Positions 63,298 to 64,000 of a DNA stretch of 64,000 bases are shown one piece after another (within the stretch, counting starts at the first letter, position 1; every line of letters starts with the position of its first letter). Both the position numbers and the translations under genes were made by a program. Source of the stretch: Sphaerodactylus townsendi. Lineage: Eukaryota. The DNA lies in assembly GCF_021028975.2 (NCBI RefSeq), contig NC_059425.1, positions 123,256,001 to 123,320,000 of the forward strand. Direction: 5' to 3'. The notes under the pieces are model-generated. The model ran no database searches. It was not told the origin of the DNA and saw nothing but the letters and a program-made list of their open reading frames with translations.

Positions 63298-64000
63298 CAT
63301 AAGCATAAGCATAAGCATTTTATTGTCATTGTGCATGCACAACAAAATTTACAGCAGCATTCCTCAATGCAACACAATTTCAGACTCATACCCCATCCTC
63401 ACTTTCCCCTTCCTCCACCCATCCCTACACAGCCCCAAACACATCAACACGAAGCCGCAGCGTTTAGCATAGCCACAGCTCTAGAGTAGAAGCTGTCTCT
63501 AAGCCTCTTTGTCCTAGTTTTGATAGACCTGTATCGTCTGCCGGATGGTAACAGTTCAAAAAGAGAGTGTGCTGGATGAGATGGGTCTCTCAGAATATTT
63601 TGGGCTTTCTTTAGGCTTCGGGCATTATAGAGTTCTTCCAAGGAGGGGAGAGGGCAGCCGACAATCGTCTGTGCAGTAGTGATCACCCTTTGGAGTGCCT
63701 TCCTATCTGCCACTGTGCAACTGGAGAACCATACACAGATGCAGTAGGTTAAGACACTCTCTATAGTACAGCGGTAAAAGGACACAAGGAGTTTTCCATT
63801 CAGTTGTTGTTTCCTTAAAAGTCTCAGATAGTACAGTCTTTGCTGGGCCTTCTTAACCACCATGGCAGTCTGTACACCCCAGGTCAAGTCCTCTTTAATC
63901 ATAACGCCCAGAAATTTAAAACTAGCCACCCGCTCTACTTGATCTCCATTTATAGTCATGGGCTGAATTTCTGAGCTATTCCTTCTATAGTCCACTATAA
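63298..64000 (-). mobile_element. Rex1/Babar non-LTR retrotransposon, 3' part (continues beyond the window)
   Basis: Open ORF at 63444-63995 with FKFLG...LTW...KKAQQRLY.LR.L...FYRCTIESVLTY.I.VW...DPSHPAH.LF.LLPSGRRYRSI.T.T.RL..SFY. The 3' UTR carries caatgacaataaa and a (cttatg)n tail. Confidence 0.9.

Overview
AT-rich vertebrate genomic DNA. The repeat content (Squam3-like CORE-SINEs, 5S-headed Sauria-type SINEs, CR1, L2, Penelope, Copia, many MITEs) points to a squamate, most likely a gecko (inference). The only host gene I can support is the 3' end of SCML4 on the + strand: three coding exons at 7727-7993, 18172-18317 and 25742-25867, with consistent splice phases, encoding the C-terminal SAM domain. 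The rest is intron or intergenic DNA full of transposons: a full-length non-autonomous Ty1/Copia element with 5-bp TSD (36376-41026), a Helitron fragment, a young Rex1/Babar LINE at the right edge, CR1/L2 fragments, SINEs, and hAT, Tc2 and Harbinger-like MITEs. There are two assembly gaps. I cannot establish a new biological system. The best leads are (i) an apparent hAT-mediated 1.3-kb inversion with a palindromic hairpin footprint, (ii) a recently inserted Copia element whose integrase and RT catalytic motif are missing, (iii) Penelope fold-backs carrying minimal hammerhead ribozyme motifs, (iv) a MITE carrying four perfect CArG boxes in the last SCML4 intron, and (v) an in-frame alternative acceptor in SCML4. 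TE family names come from recalled motifs, not database searches.
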